Source: Octopus vulgaris (taxonomy: Eukaryota). Taken from it: a stretch of DNA of 64,000 nucleotides. The translations under genes were made by a program, and so were the position numbers. The stretch spans positions 105,462,001-105,526,000 of the forward strand of contig OX597818.1 of assembly GCA_951406725.2 (NCBI GenBank), given 5' to 3'. Shown here in pieces: positions 53,061 through 64,000 of this stretch. Each line of letters begins with the position of its first letter. Positions within the stretch are counted from its first letter, which is position 1. The notes beneath the pieces are model-generated. The model was given only the letters and a program-made list of their open reading frames with translations. It made no database searches and was not told where the DNA came from.

Positions 53061-55587
53061 ACATATGCATATATATGTGTGTATATATATATATATATAA
53101 AGGCAGGGAAACAGAACGAACATACAACTACTCCTGCCTATACTACACCTGTGTGCTTAAGATTGTGGAAGTCATTTGCTAACTCCATTTTCCATTTCCC
53201 TCATTCATCATAAACTCAATGGATGCTGAAGAATTCATGATGTAGATCCACTGACAATTATATCATAATCACGGATGACATCCTGTAGCATCAACATTGT
53301 AAGTGCTTTAATCGGCATACTACTAAACATATACCCAAAGTCCAAATTTTTTACTTATATATATATATATGAATAAACTGAGCCGAAGGAAAATTCTATA
53401 AGAACTGGAAAACCAGAAGAACCAATGCCCATACTGTAAGACATATTTAGTGCGGCGCTCTATTTTTTAGCAACTCCTTTTTAATTCAATGTCTTATTTT
53501 CCTTTCATGCTAGTGTAGGTTAGAGTTATATCAGGCAAAATATTTATGGCTAGATGCTCTTCCTATTGCCAACCTTTACCCACTTTTCAAGTGTGAGAAT
53601 TTTTATTCCAGAGCTATCCAAAAGTGTAGAGTAATTAATCATAATATAAACATAGACAAACAATATCATTACACACATAAAACATATACAATAGACTTTC
53701 TGCATAAGGCACTTGCCCAAGGTATTGCACAGTGGATATGGTCCAGAAACCACATGGCTGCAAAGCAAACATCTTAACCACATAGCCATGGCTGTAGTTA
53801 GTGTTAAAAAAAAAAACATCTTCGAGAATAAGGTAAACATGAATGAGAATTATTCTAGTGTTAGAACAGACCCATCGATAATACTACTAATAATAATCCT
53901 TTCTACTACAGCCACAAGGCCTGAAATTTTTGCGGAGGGGTAAGTCAGTTAACGTAAAGATGGATGAAATGCCATTTTGCCTGGCGTGCAAACGGTTCTG
54001 CCGGCTCGCTGCCTTATTACTACTACTACTACTACTAATAATAATAATAATAAATGGTCTGGGTTATGTAGTGGGAAACATGATCTGAAACTGGTTGAGC
54101 AAACATGCAGAGGCTTGTCATGCACGATGTAGAGCTGGCTGGGGATAAGCTAAAACTCATTGGCCACTTGTCTGGTTGCCCCATACTATATCGCACACCC
54201 TTCCCTTTATTGTACAGCAGATTTTCTCACCTGCTTCCAAACAAAGTAATAATATTTCCTTATCATTGGACATGTTTTCACAGAAAATTGGAAATTAACG
54301 ATACCACTCATTTACAGCTATTACACAATATCAGAACCAGGAGACACAAACACACAACATCCAGCAAACTTGTTTTTTTTCTGCCAAATCCACTCACAAG
54401 GCTTTGGTTAGCCCAGGACTATAAGTAAAAGACACTTGTCCAGCATGCCATACATTGAGATTGAACCCAAAACAATATGGCTAGCAAGCAAACTTTTTCC
54501 TTTCTAAGTGATACCCAGTACCTGGTCATAAGGGGCAGAGATACTGTTATTTTAGTTGGCAGTATTATTACCATGTTGTGAGGGCACATAACCTAGTGGT
54601 TAGGGTATTGCACCCATGATCACAAGATTGAGGTTTCAATTCCTGGACCAAGTGGTGCATTGGGTTCTTGAACAAAACACCTCATCTCATGTTGCTCTGT
54701 GATCACTTTGATACTTGATATGTGGTATAATATGCACTTATTCAAACAGTGTTGATTTGATGGGGGGAATAAGTTAATGTACAGCTCACATATTTGGTTG
54801 CTATAAACATTACTTGTGTAGGTTGTTCAGCAAGAAATTGCTGAACTATCTTTCTTGGACTATCATCATATTACCATATGAGCTCCTTTGGTCTGCTTTT
54901 CTTGGTGATGGTGGTGGGGATAGCTGCCATTTCTTCATAAGTGTTTGTAGGGAGACAGGATATACAAATTCAAATATCTGTATGTGACAGTAAAGCAAGT
55001 ACTTTCCCCATATAACTGGATGGTCTAATACATAAAAATCACACTTCCATGATGAGGAATTGATAACCTCTTTTCTGTTTTAGATAAAACAGACCAAAGC
55101 AAGGTGATGGATATCAGGATAACCAGATGATAGGTTTGTAGTTCGTAGCCAGCACTATATTGTGCCCAACATGCCTCTACATGGCTACTTGACTACCTAG
55201 AAATAGCAACTAAATCTTATCTTCATCAAATCATTACCATTTTGCAAAAGGAAGAACACATTGGATAACGTGACCCTATAAAATATAAAAATAAATAAAA
55301 TACACACACATTTGAATACTTACATATATATATACATACATATATTGATAGCAAAATTACTATCCTTATAACTTTCAAAAATATCTGTTTATATACTATA
55401 TTCTATCTATTGTGAATAACAGAATGCATCTAATATTAATAATATTAGTAATAACTGATTATTGTATATGCTTATAAATGCAAATATGTATGTATATTTC
55501 AGTATATATATATATATGTGTAAGTATTCAAATGTGTGTGTATTTTATTTATTTTATATTTATCTATAACTTAACATTATGTACTTT

Positions 55588-55716
55588 ATAATCTCTGACA
55601 AAGCCTAGAGATATAGCCGAGTACCTCATTTTCATCTACCTATTACTTCACTGCACTTGAGTAATAAAAGTAGAATGAGGTATTTTTACCTCTTGGCTGA
55701 AACAGCTGTAAGTTAT
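55588..55716 (+). ncRNA. Hammerhead-like motif with greatly extended helix II (G8 mutated)
   Basis: CTGACAA (55595-55601), agcctagag...ctcttggct closing a ~95-nt hairpin, then GAAACAGCTGTA as at 50956. Confidence 0.55.
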
Positions 55717-55921
55717 TTTCCCAATTTATATTCATGTTTGTTATTCTATAGTAATTACTGGTATCCTTATATATTACTATATTTTATATCTTATATGTAA
55801 AGCATAAAATGTTATATGTATGTATATTATTGTAATTATCAGTTTAGTACATAAATAAGTTAACATAATACAATGTTTAAAAGTTGATGAACCACCGATT
55901 GATCCCCTCCATTTTCTTATT

Positions 55922-57811
55922 GCTATATATATAAAACTGAAATGCATTTTTACCACTTGGATCGCTTTCAATGCCACTACGTCCCGTCCGATTCGCTCCA
56001 AAATTTACAAGGACATGTAGAATGAGGTGACGATGCCCATGGGCTACATTAGAAATCCCTATCTTAAAAGGTGTGGTTGCTAGGGGCCATCTTCCTCACT
56101 CACACTATTTCCTCCATTCCCCTTCATTTATAACTTTGACAAGTCCACTCCTGTTATTTAATGTATCTGTCTTCATAAACTCACTCTCGCTACTTCCTCT
56201 CTTTTTCCTACCTTCCCATCACTTCAGCGTTCTTTTATGTATCTGTCTGTCACCAACAACACACGAGCATGAGAACAAATATTATGAATCAGATATTCTT
56301 GCATTCATTTATGTGTTCTATATATAAATATGTATATATAATGTATGTGTGTGTGTGTTCTATATATAAATATGTATATATACAAAGTGTATATATCTGT
56401 ATTTATGTATATTAAACTTTTTCATAGTTATATATATTTTTAAACAAATTATAAATATGATTTAATAATTTTTATTTTCAATTTAAATAATTTAAATTTT
56501 TCAATTTTATATATTTTCTATATTATATTTATTTTTTGTTTTTCACTGTTTGATTTGCCTATTAGTGGTTTTATCTCTAATTTAAACAGATATATATCTC
56601 ATTTGTATATATAATGCGTGCACACACACACATATATATAATGTGTGCATTACGTAGTCGGTTGACTCAGCTGAAAATATGCACACCTATGTTAAAAGTG
56701 CTGGCAAGTTTGCATGACAACTATTTTTTTCCTCAAATGAAAGGCGTCACCTCTAGGACAAAATTCCTCATCTTATAAAATGTGGCCCCAGTAGACCCGA
56801 ATGAAATCGGGTTATATTAACCAAAATGTGAAAAGGGGTCTAAATGGGGCTGGAAGGGGATTAAAATTTCAAGGAGCGGGTGTTTAGGAATTCTGTGTTA
56901 CATCAAGCTAAAAAATTTGCGCCAGCCTTTTAATCGTCAATGTGTTGCCGTCCATGATAAAGAAGTTTTGAATGCTTGCCATGGCGAGTCTACTGTCTTG
57001 AGAAAGAATCACTTCAAAACTTGGTGTTTACGAATTTTCTTTTATATCAAGTTCAAAATTTTTACCCCAGCCATTAAACTGTCAATACGTTGCTGTCCGT
57101 CGTTAAGAAATGCCAGCCATGGTGACTCTACTATCCTCAGATTCTATCCCTTCAAACTTTGATTTCCAATATTTTATTATTTTTATTCAGCTCGCAAGTT
57201 CGTCTGTCCCTTTTAAATGTTAGTGTTTTGCTGTCTCCCTTGAAGCAGACCTTTCCCTTGCCACTGCCTGATATTTATAATTGATCTTTCTAAATATTTT
57301 ATTTCTCAACTTACTCAAGATCTTCTGTTGTTTATAAATGGGAGAGAGATAGATAAAGATAGAGAGTAAGGGAAAGTGAGGGAGAGTCCGAGAGAAAAGA
57401 AAAGTGAGAGAGTGGGAAAGTGAGGGAGAAACAAAGAGAATAATCATCATTATCGTTTAACGTCCGTTTTCCGTGCTAGCATGGGTTGGACAGTGTGACC
57501 GGGGTCTGGGAAGCCAGGAGGTTGCACCAGGCTCCAGTCTGATCTGGCAGTGTTTCTACAGGTGGATGACCTTCCTAACGCCAACCACTCTGTGAGTGTA
57601 GTGGGTGCTTTATTCGTGCTGCCGGCACAGGTGCCAGGGGGGCTCGCAGCGGCAACGATCGGTTGGTGCTTTTTACGTGCCACCGGCACAGAAGCAAGTC
57701 AAGGCAGCGCTGCAATCGGCCACGTTCGGATGGTGCTTTTTACGTGCTGAAAGCAACAGAAAGTAACAACCATACTCTTACCCGCGCATAGAGCGGGTCA
57801 CCTTCAGCTAG
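55922..57811 (+). mobile_element. Non-autonomous Helitron-like element carrying an RTE tail insertion
   Basis: 5' ctatatatataaaactga shared with the 32415 element; 3' hairpin acccgc(gcataga)gcgggt then CTAG|T at 57808-57812. Confidence 0.65.
57444..57748 (-). mobile_element. RTE LINE 3' UTR fragment
   Basis: (CAT)n then cgtttaacgtccgttttccgtgctagcatgggttggacag, the reverse complement of the 48840-49010 tail; CpGs retained. Confidence 0.88.
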
Positions 57812-57842
<31 letters not shown>

Positions 57843-58870
57843 CCTCAATTTGTTAAGTCTGATCATGCATCTGCACAATTATAGACCTGGATAAGGTTGA
57901 AGAAGGTAGGCAGTTTCCCATTCTACCATTTTTTATCAAAGGGAAAGGCACCAGCCTGGGGTCATATACCTTAACAGTGTTGTCATAGCATTGCCATCAG
58001 AATGAAAAAGAGATAACTTAAGGTATCTTCAGTTTTGTCAATACAATGCCCTAAATTGTTATGCTTTTTGCATTTTTATTAAACTGAGAAGAATGAAAGG
58101 CAAAGATGACTTAAGTAGCATATGATTTCAGAATACAAATCCAGAGAAAAAATAGCAGATAGTATTCTATCTAACTCCAATGACCGTCAATTTACTGCCA
58201 TGAATTTGTGTATATTGAAAATTTTTCATCTCAGAAATTCAGGCAAAATTTAAAATAATGGCCAAATTTCCCTCAAGTTACAATCTGCTGTCTTAAATGA
58301 AGGTTGTGTAGTCCTCAGCATCCTTTGTTCTAACATCCACTTTTCTATGCTTGCATGGATCAGACAGAGTTTACTGAGGCAAATTTTCTATCGTTTGATG
58401 TCCTTTTTGTAATCAACCATCACTTGTTTCAAGCAAGGTAATATTTCCATTTGGCCAGACAGGTTTTTGCAATATATGAATGACTACATGTGTGACTGAC
58501 ATTCATTTACAACAGCCATGCAATGGCAAGATAAGGAGATAGACATATACATGTGCATGTATGTATATATAGTCAACATTATTTGGTCACCTCATAAAAG
58601 AACTCAGAAAGGATTTTTTGGTAGATGGAAACTGAAAAAGCATTGTATTTTTTTTTTTTGTGTGTGTGTGTGTGTATGCACACACGACAGGCTTTTTTCA
58701 ATTTCCATCTACCAAATCTACTCACTGATAGATACCAATTATAATGAACATTCACCTGATTCATTTGACAACAAATGGGCTTACTAAAGGAAAAGATAGC
58801 TAACAAGGGAACTGCTACTTGGTCACATGAGTTACAAAAATAATTTCAAATCATAACTTACCATCTTAAG

Positions 58871-58901
<31 letters not shown>

Positions 58902-60019
58902 ACATACCAAGAATAAGATGGGTGAATGGAATATGGTCAGAACACTGAACATAAACCTGCTTGATTAAACCTAACCTGGAATTAAACAACAATAGTAACA
59001 ATCACAAGAATAGTGATGCGAAATGAAGTTTCCTTCATAACCACATGCTTTTGAGTACTATTTCAGCATGGCACCTCAAGCATTTTGGTTGGAATTGATA
59101 CACAGAAACTGTATGGAAGCCTGCAGTATAACCACATCACCATCCTCGTTCATAACTCACTATATTCACCACTATACCCATTTGTTACTACTCCCACTCT
59201 TATGAAAGTATCCACTTTCTCATCCCCTCCCGTGACACACTCTGTATCCTCTTAACCTTGCCATTTTGTACCCTGAGGGTTTGCTCTAGCACCCCATCAC
59301 TACCTGTTATCTCCCCTATAGCAAGGCAACTGTGCTTGACCCTCTGTCATACCTTAACTTTTTAACACCTGGCATAATGTCACCTTCCCTCCTAGTAGAA
59401 CCTCAAAAATCCACTGTACTCTGAAACTGGTTGGCATTAGGAAGAGCATCCAGCTGTAGAGAGACTATGGCAGCATAGAAAGCAGACATTACACACACAG
59501 CTCTATAATATTGAAGTGCTAGTGGGATACAGAAAAGGCTTTAGCATGAAAAATGGACAAATGAGTTGCTAAAGTTACAATTATCCATTTCGGTTGGTCA
59601 AACCCACAAATAGTTTTCTCCAGGTATCTTGATCAGGTCATCTCATATTTTTAACAATTCAGAAAGCAAAAAAAAAAAAAAAAAAATTTTGAAGCCTTGG
59701 GAATTTTGATCAAATTACAATGTCCATGCCATGGACACCATTAATTTAGGTTTTGCGTTGTTGCATTTACATTTTTCCAGCTTATGCCCCAACTGTCCTG
59801 TCTGCTCTGACTGGACATGGGTTATAACTATTACAGTGTACCCAGTTGATAAATAAGCTTCACATTAATCTAAAAAAGTAAAAAGAAACAAAAGAAAAAA
59901 ACAAAAACAAAACAATAGGCACACGGCCTGAAATTTTGTGGGGGTAACATTTGATTATGTTAACCCCATTTGATGGTATTTTATTTCATTGATACCAGAA
60001 GGCTGGAAGGTAAGACAAC

Positions 60020-60259
60020 AATGGCCCAGTGGTTAGGGCAGCGGACTTGCGGTCGGAGGATCGCGGTTTCGATTCCCAGACCGGGCGTTGTGTGTGTTTA
60101 TTGAGCGAAAACACCTAAAAAAAGCTCCACGAGGCTCCGGCAGCGGATGGTGGTGATCCCTGCTGTACTCTTTCACCACTCTAAAAGGCGGTGCTCCAGC
60201 ATGGCCGCAGTCAAATGACTGAAACAAGTACAAAAAAAAAAAAAAAAAAAAAAAAAAAA
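60020..60259 (+). mobile_element. Young tRNA-derived SINE with poly(A) tail
   Basis: A-box tggcccagtggttaggg, B-box ggtttcgattccc, CpG-rich body, 3' end ggcggtgctccagcatggccgcagtcaaatgactgaaacaagta followed by about 30 A. Confidence 0.85.
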
Positions 60260-61551
60260 TAATAACTGTTTTTAAATAGACAGGTCTCACATTTGATGGA
60301 GGAGCAAACAGTTCATTCTATAATTCCCAGTATTTGACAAGTACTTAATTTGATCAACTCCAGAATGATGAAAGGCAAAGCTCAGTTGATCTTAAGATTT
60401 GAACTCAATGAATACTGCAAGACATTTTTGACTGATGCTCTACCAATTCCACAAACTATTACTCTCTAAAACAATAAATAATCAAAACAAAAGAGAAAAG
60501 TTTAATTCCTAGAATCACTGCCCTAAATAATAAAAAAAAATCTTAATCACTGAATTAAATGATTTATAATATTTATTTTGAAAGGAATATCATGAACAAA
60601 TTAATGTAACCAGTGACTGTTACTAAGAAGTAAGAGGAATTTATTTCCAGTGATGTAAATATACTTTAAAAGCAAGAGGTAATTGAAGGCAATCAGCTTA
60701 GTAAATACTGAGTTTTTTTCATAGTTAAGTTTTCTTTATTTCATCAAAACAAAAGATACAATGCTGACCATCATCACTGCCAAAGTTTAGAGAGAAGAAA
60801 AGAGAAAGAGAGAGGGAGACAGGATTCAGCTATTACAATAATATAAATTTTGTTATTGCATGATTGGTAAAATGAGATAATCTCTAGAAGGAAATTCACT
60901 GGTCTGTCCCAATAATGATTATAAAGGAGCTGTAATTTCATGATCTAACATTATCTGAACAGAAAGAAATGGTTCAAGATATATCTTTAACAATAATAGA
61001 AAGGGGGGGGGGGATAAAGAAAGGAGGAAGGGAGAAAGAGTGATATGATAGAGAAAAGCTAACATTCAGCATAAATAAATGGACAGCATACCATGATTCA
61101 AAAAGCATCTTTTGAATGGCATTTAAGCAAAGAGAAAAAGCACAAAAATATAGCCTTTGAAATTGAAATGAAAATAAAGTGTTTTAATTTTGTTTTTCTT
61201 TGTATATGAAATGACAGAGATTGGTCTGTAAGTGAACAGCAAGGTAGTCCATGTTTGTGGAGGCTACACACTGCCAATTGTTAACCCACAGAAAAGAAAG
61301 GAATTCTATATTGAAAGTGGACTTCGTTAGAAACAGCAGAGGAAGGGTAGAAAATTGTGCAAATTGTCAATTTTTTTTTCTTCTATCTTCTTTTTCTATC
61401 ATGCAGCAGAATAAAATTATAAAAAAATATTAAAAAAAAATAAAAATTGAGAAGCTGAAATTACATGATTTTTAGCTGAATCATTCCATTTTTTGATCTT
61501 AAAAATTATATAGCATAATGTGAAATGGAAATTAGTGATTTTTGTTAGAGT

Positions 61552-61748
61552 TTATTTCCATTCTTTCGTGATCTCAAAAGCCCATTCCCATTTGAGATAC
61601 TCAATTTTATCATCATCAATAAATTTACTGCGCACAGTGTAAGTACCACGACTAAGCAATCCAGTTGGAGCATCTTCAGAAGCAACCTTACTAACTAAGA
61701 TTGTATTTGAAGGACCATAGCTCCCCACCATGTATTTGGTGCTGTCAA
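61552..61748 (-). CDS. RhoGDI: Rho GDP-dissociation inhibitor, last coding exon
   Basis: Acceptor ttttatttcag|. Translates (V)DSTKYMVGSYGPSNTILVSKVASEDAPTGLLSRGTYTVRSKFIDDDKIEYLKWEWAFEITKEWK*, with the diagnostic YMVGSYGP, APxGxLxRG, DDD and WEW...W motifs. TAA at 61554-61552. Confidence 0.96.
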
Positions 61749-63784
61749 CTGAAATAAAAAAAAAAGATAAAATATATAACTATTTGTGAAAATAATACAA
61801 AATGTAGCTTTTCCAATTTTTATTAATTTCACTTCTCTAAGGACCTCATTCATTTATAAATTCTGTTATCCACCCAGTTGCTTCTTAGCTGACAATTTGA
61901 AGGTATCCTTCAAACTGTCAGAAGACAACAGACTGCTCAAAATGAAGAAATAGCAATCAATCATTGATATTGTAAAACTTTTGATTTTATTGCCTACTGT
62001 AAATGTATTTCAAGTAGAAAGATAATAATCTACTATGATTTCCACAATTAGATGGTGACACTCACCAAGTTTGTATAGAAAGGGGCAAGTGATTAATGGC
62101 AGGGGCATCAACATTTTATCATAGAAATACCTGAGCTCAATGAGGTTATCTGTCTAGTCCATTGGAAGATTTCAGCTCAGTTGTGAATGACACCTTGGGA
62201 AAATATCTTCTGAACCTAACCAATGCCTTCTGAGTAGAACTGTTATACAGAAAGTGGGTGGAAGCCCTTCTCACATGCATGTGAATCATCATCGTTTTAA
62301 TGTCCACTTTTCCATGCTTGCATGGGTCAGATGATATTTGCTTAGATAGATTTTCAAAGGCAAGATGCTTTTCCTGTCACCAACCCTCACATGTTTCCAA
62401 GCAATGTAATATTTCCCTTAGTCCTTTGAACAAGAAAAAACGCAATGACCAAACATTTTTTCACAGAAGATTGCAAACAAACAGCAGCAGTTGCATGATT
62501 TTGTTTACAACTAGTACAATGTCAAAACATTGAAGAAATGGGCTTCTTTTGGTTTCCATCTGCCAAATTCACCAACAAGACTGACTGGCCTGGGTCTATG
62601 GAAGACACTCGAATCAGGTGCCATGGAGGGGGAATGAACCTAAACCCTCATAGCCATGCCAAGGTGCATATGTGTCAGTGTTTACATTCTTGTCTTCACA
62701 TAAAAACATTCAGCAAATTGATGACAGGCTTACATTTCATGTTACCAATGTTTTATAGCTCAGAAATTTTGAAGAGTAGGGCAATAAAAAGAAAATCCTT
62801 TACTTCAAGGCAGGGGAAGGGTGAATTACAAGAAGAACATCTAGTTATAAAACAATATTTCAGCAATAAGCTTGTCTAACCCATATTAGCAGAGGAAAAT
62901 GAATGTAAATAACTGAACAAATTCACTGCAAGATAATGCAATAATAAATAAACTTGTTGATCATTATAGTGAACTGAAGCATGTCCTAGTAGTTATTTTA
63001 CATGTAAGATTCTGGGATACTTTGTGAGTTAGGTTTTATGCCAGGAAGATGACCACAGAGGAAACAAGAAACATAAAATCTTTAATTTAGCTAATTCAGT
63101 CAAAATGCCTGCTTTAAATACAGGAACCACTTAAGATTATCTAAAGTAAAAAGCTAACAAGAACTTGACCAAACAATGTTCAATAACTGAAAGTTGAATA
63201 CTGTATGTTTATCATTTTAATGTCCACTTCTCTATACTTTTGTGGGTCACATAAAACCCATTGAATCCTTTTACTGTAGATGTTAATCCATTCAGTTTCA
63301 TTATCCATAACTATGGAAAGTAGTTTTATATAACAACCTATCTTTTGCTGAGGAATATAGTGTTTGAAACTATTTTTTGTTGGAATATTTGAAGTTTATT
63401 GAGGCAACATAAGTAGAAAATACAAATTCTAATTTCTGGAAGATATTTAACATCATTACTGAAATAACCATGAAATTTAATTTCACAGTTAAAGGATTAA
63501 AGGTTCTGAGATTGTAAATTTTACTTGTAAGAGAGAAGGACTTGTGTTCTGGTCAATTTCAAAAAATTTTTGCCGTCAACAAATCTATAACCATTTTGAG
63601 GAAGCTGAGATATCTATGATTATCATTGAAATACATAATCTTTACTTATCTAGAAAAAATGCAGCTTTGTCCAATACAATATAGATTTAGCATCTAAGGT
63701 TAGTAGGTTGTTAAACACTAAAAATTAAAATGTAGAAAAACCAACTAGAACTGTTAAAGGAAAATTACAATAAATCATACATAC

Positions 63785-63925
63785 CTTTCACACCTTTACG
63801 ATAGACACAGTGGGTATAATTCAAACCACAGACAATGTCTCGTTGAACATAAAAATGAATTTCCATACAATATTTGCACCCTTCTTTTATAACAATTGGA
63901 TTTTTACTGAGTTTACTCAGATCAC
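63785..63925 (-). CDS. RhoGDI: Rho GDP-dissociation inhibitor, penultimate coding exon
   Basis: Acceptor tattttttcag|, donor AAAG|gtatgt, 141 nt, phase 1/1. Translates (G)DLSKLSKNPIVIKEGCKYCMEIHFYVQRDIVCGLNYTHCVYRKGVK, aligning with [54 protein letters not shown]. Confidence 0.95.
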
Positions 63926-64000
63926 CTGAAAAAATATAGAAAACAACATAAAACTAAATTACAGAAACCTATGCAATCACCAACTAATAGTTGGTGATTG

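Noticed and set aside
60020-60095. tRNA gene
   Set aside because: A and B boxes are present but there is no acceptor stem, and it continues into a SINE body and poly(A). The same applies to 8855 and 54580.
61551-61556. AATAAA overlapping the RhoGDI stop codon as poly(A) signal
   Set aside because: It arises from the AAA TAA A codons in AT-rich DNA; other AATAAA candidates lie downstream (about 60735 and 60572), so it cannot be assigned.

Overview
AT-rich, microsatellite- and transposon-dense metazoan genomic DNA. The SINE and RTE repeat landscape strongly suggests an octopus (coleoid cephalopod) genome; this is inference, not a database result. Two spliced genes lie on the minus strand. (1) The 5' part of an hnRNP U / hnRNPUL1-like SPRY-domain gene: coding exons 26111-25873, 7948-7802 and 5018-4931 join in consistent phase, there is a probable non-coding first exon and promoter near 39.55-39.72 kb, and the gene continues past position 1. 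It appears to lack the family's N-terminal SAP domain. (2) The last two coding exons of a Rho GDP-dissociation inhibitor (63925-63785, 61748-61552). Introns and intergenic DNA hold two decayed mariners (one split by a SINE), many RTE-clade LINE copies (the best preserved, 46.3-49.0 kb, has a PHD-type finger behind the RT core), several tRNA-derived SINE families, two non-autonomous Helitron-like elements, and a cluster of Penelope-like elements with minimal hammerhead ribozyme motifs (one canonical, one family with a U6 core variant, one with a very long helix II). At 35.55-38.07 kb is a nested double palindrome: a fold-back element with a 6-bp TSD containing a Penelope fragment that in turn contains a Merlin-like element with an 8-bp TSD. 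Most of the ORF track is spurious (microsatellite or TE derived).
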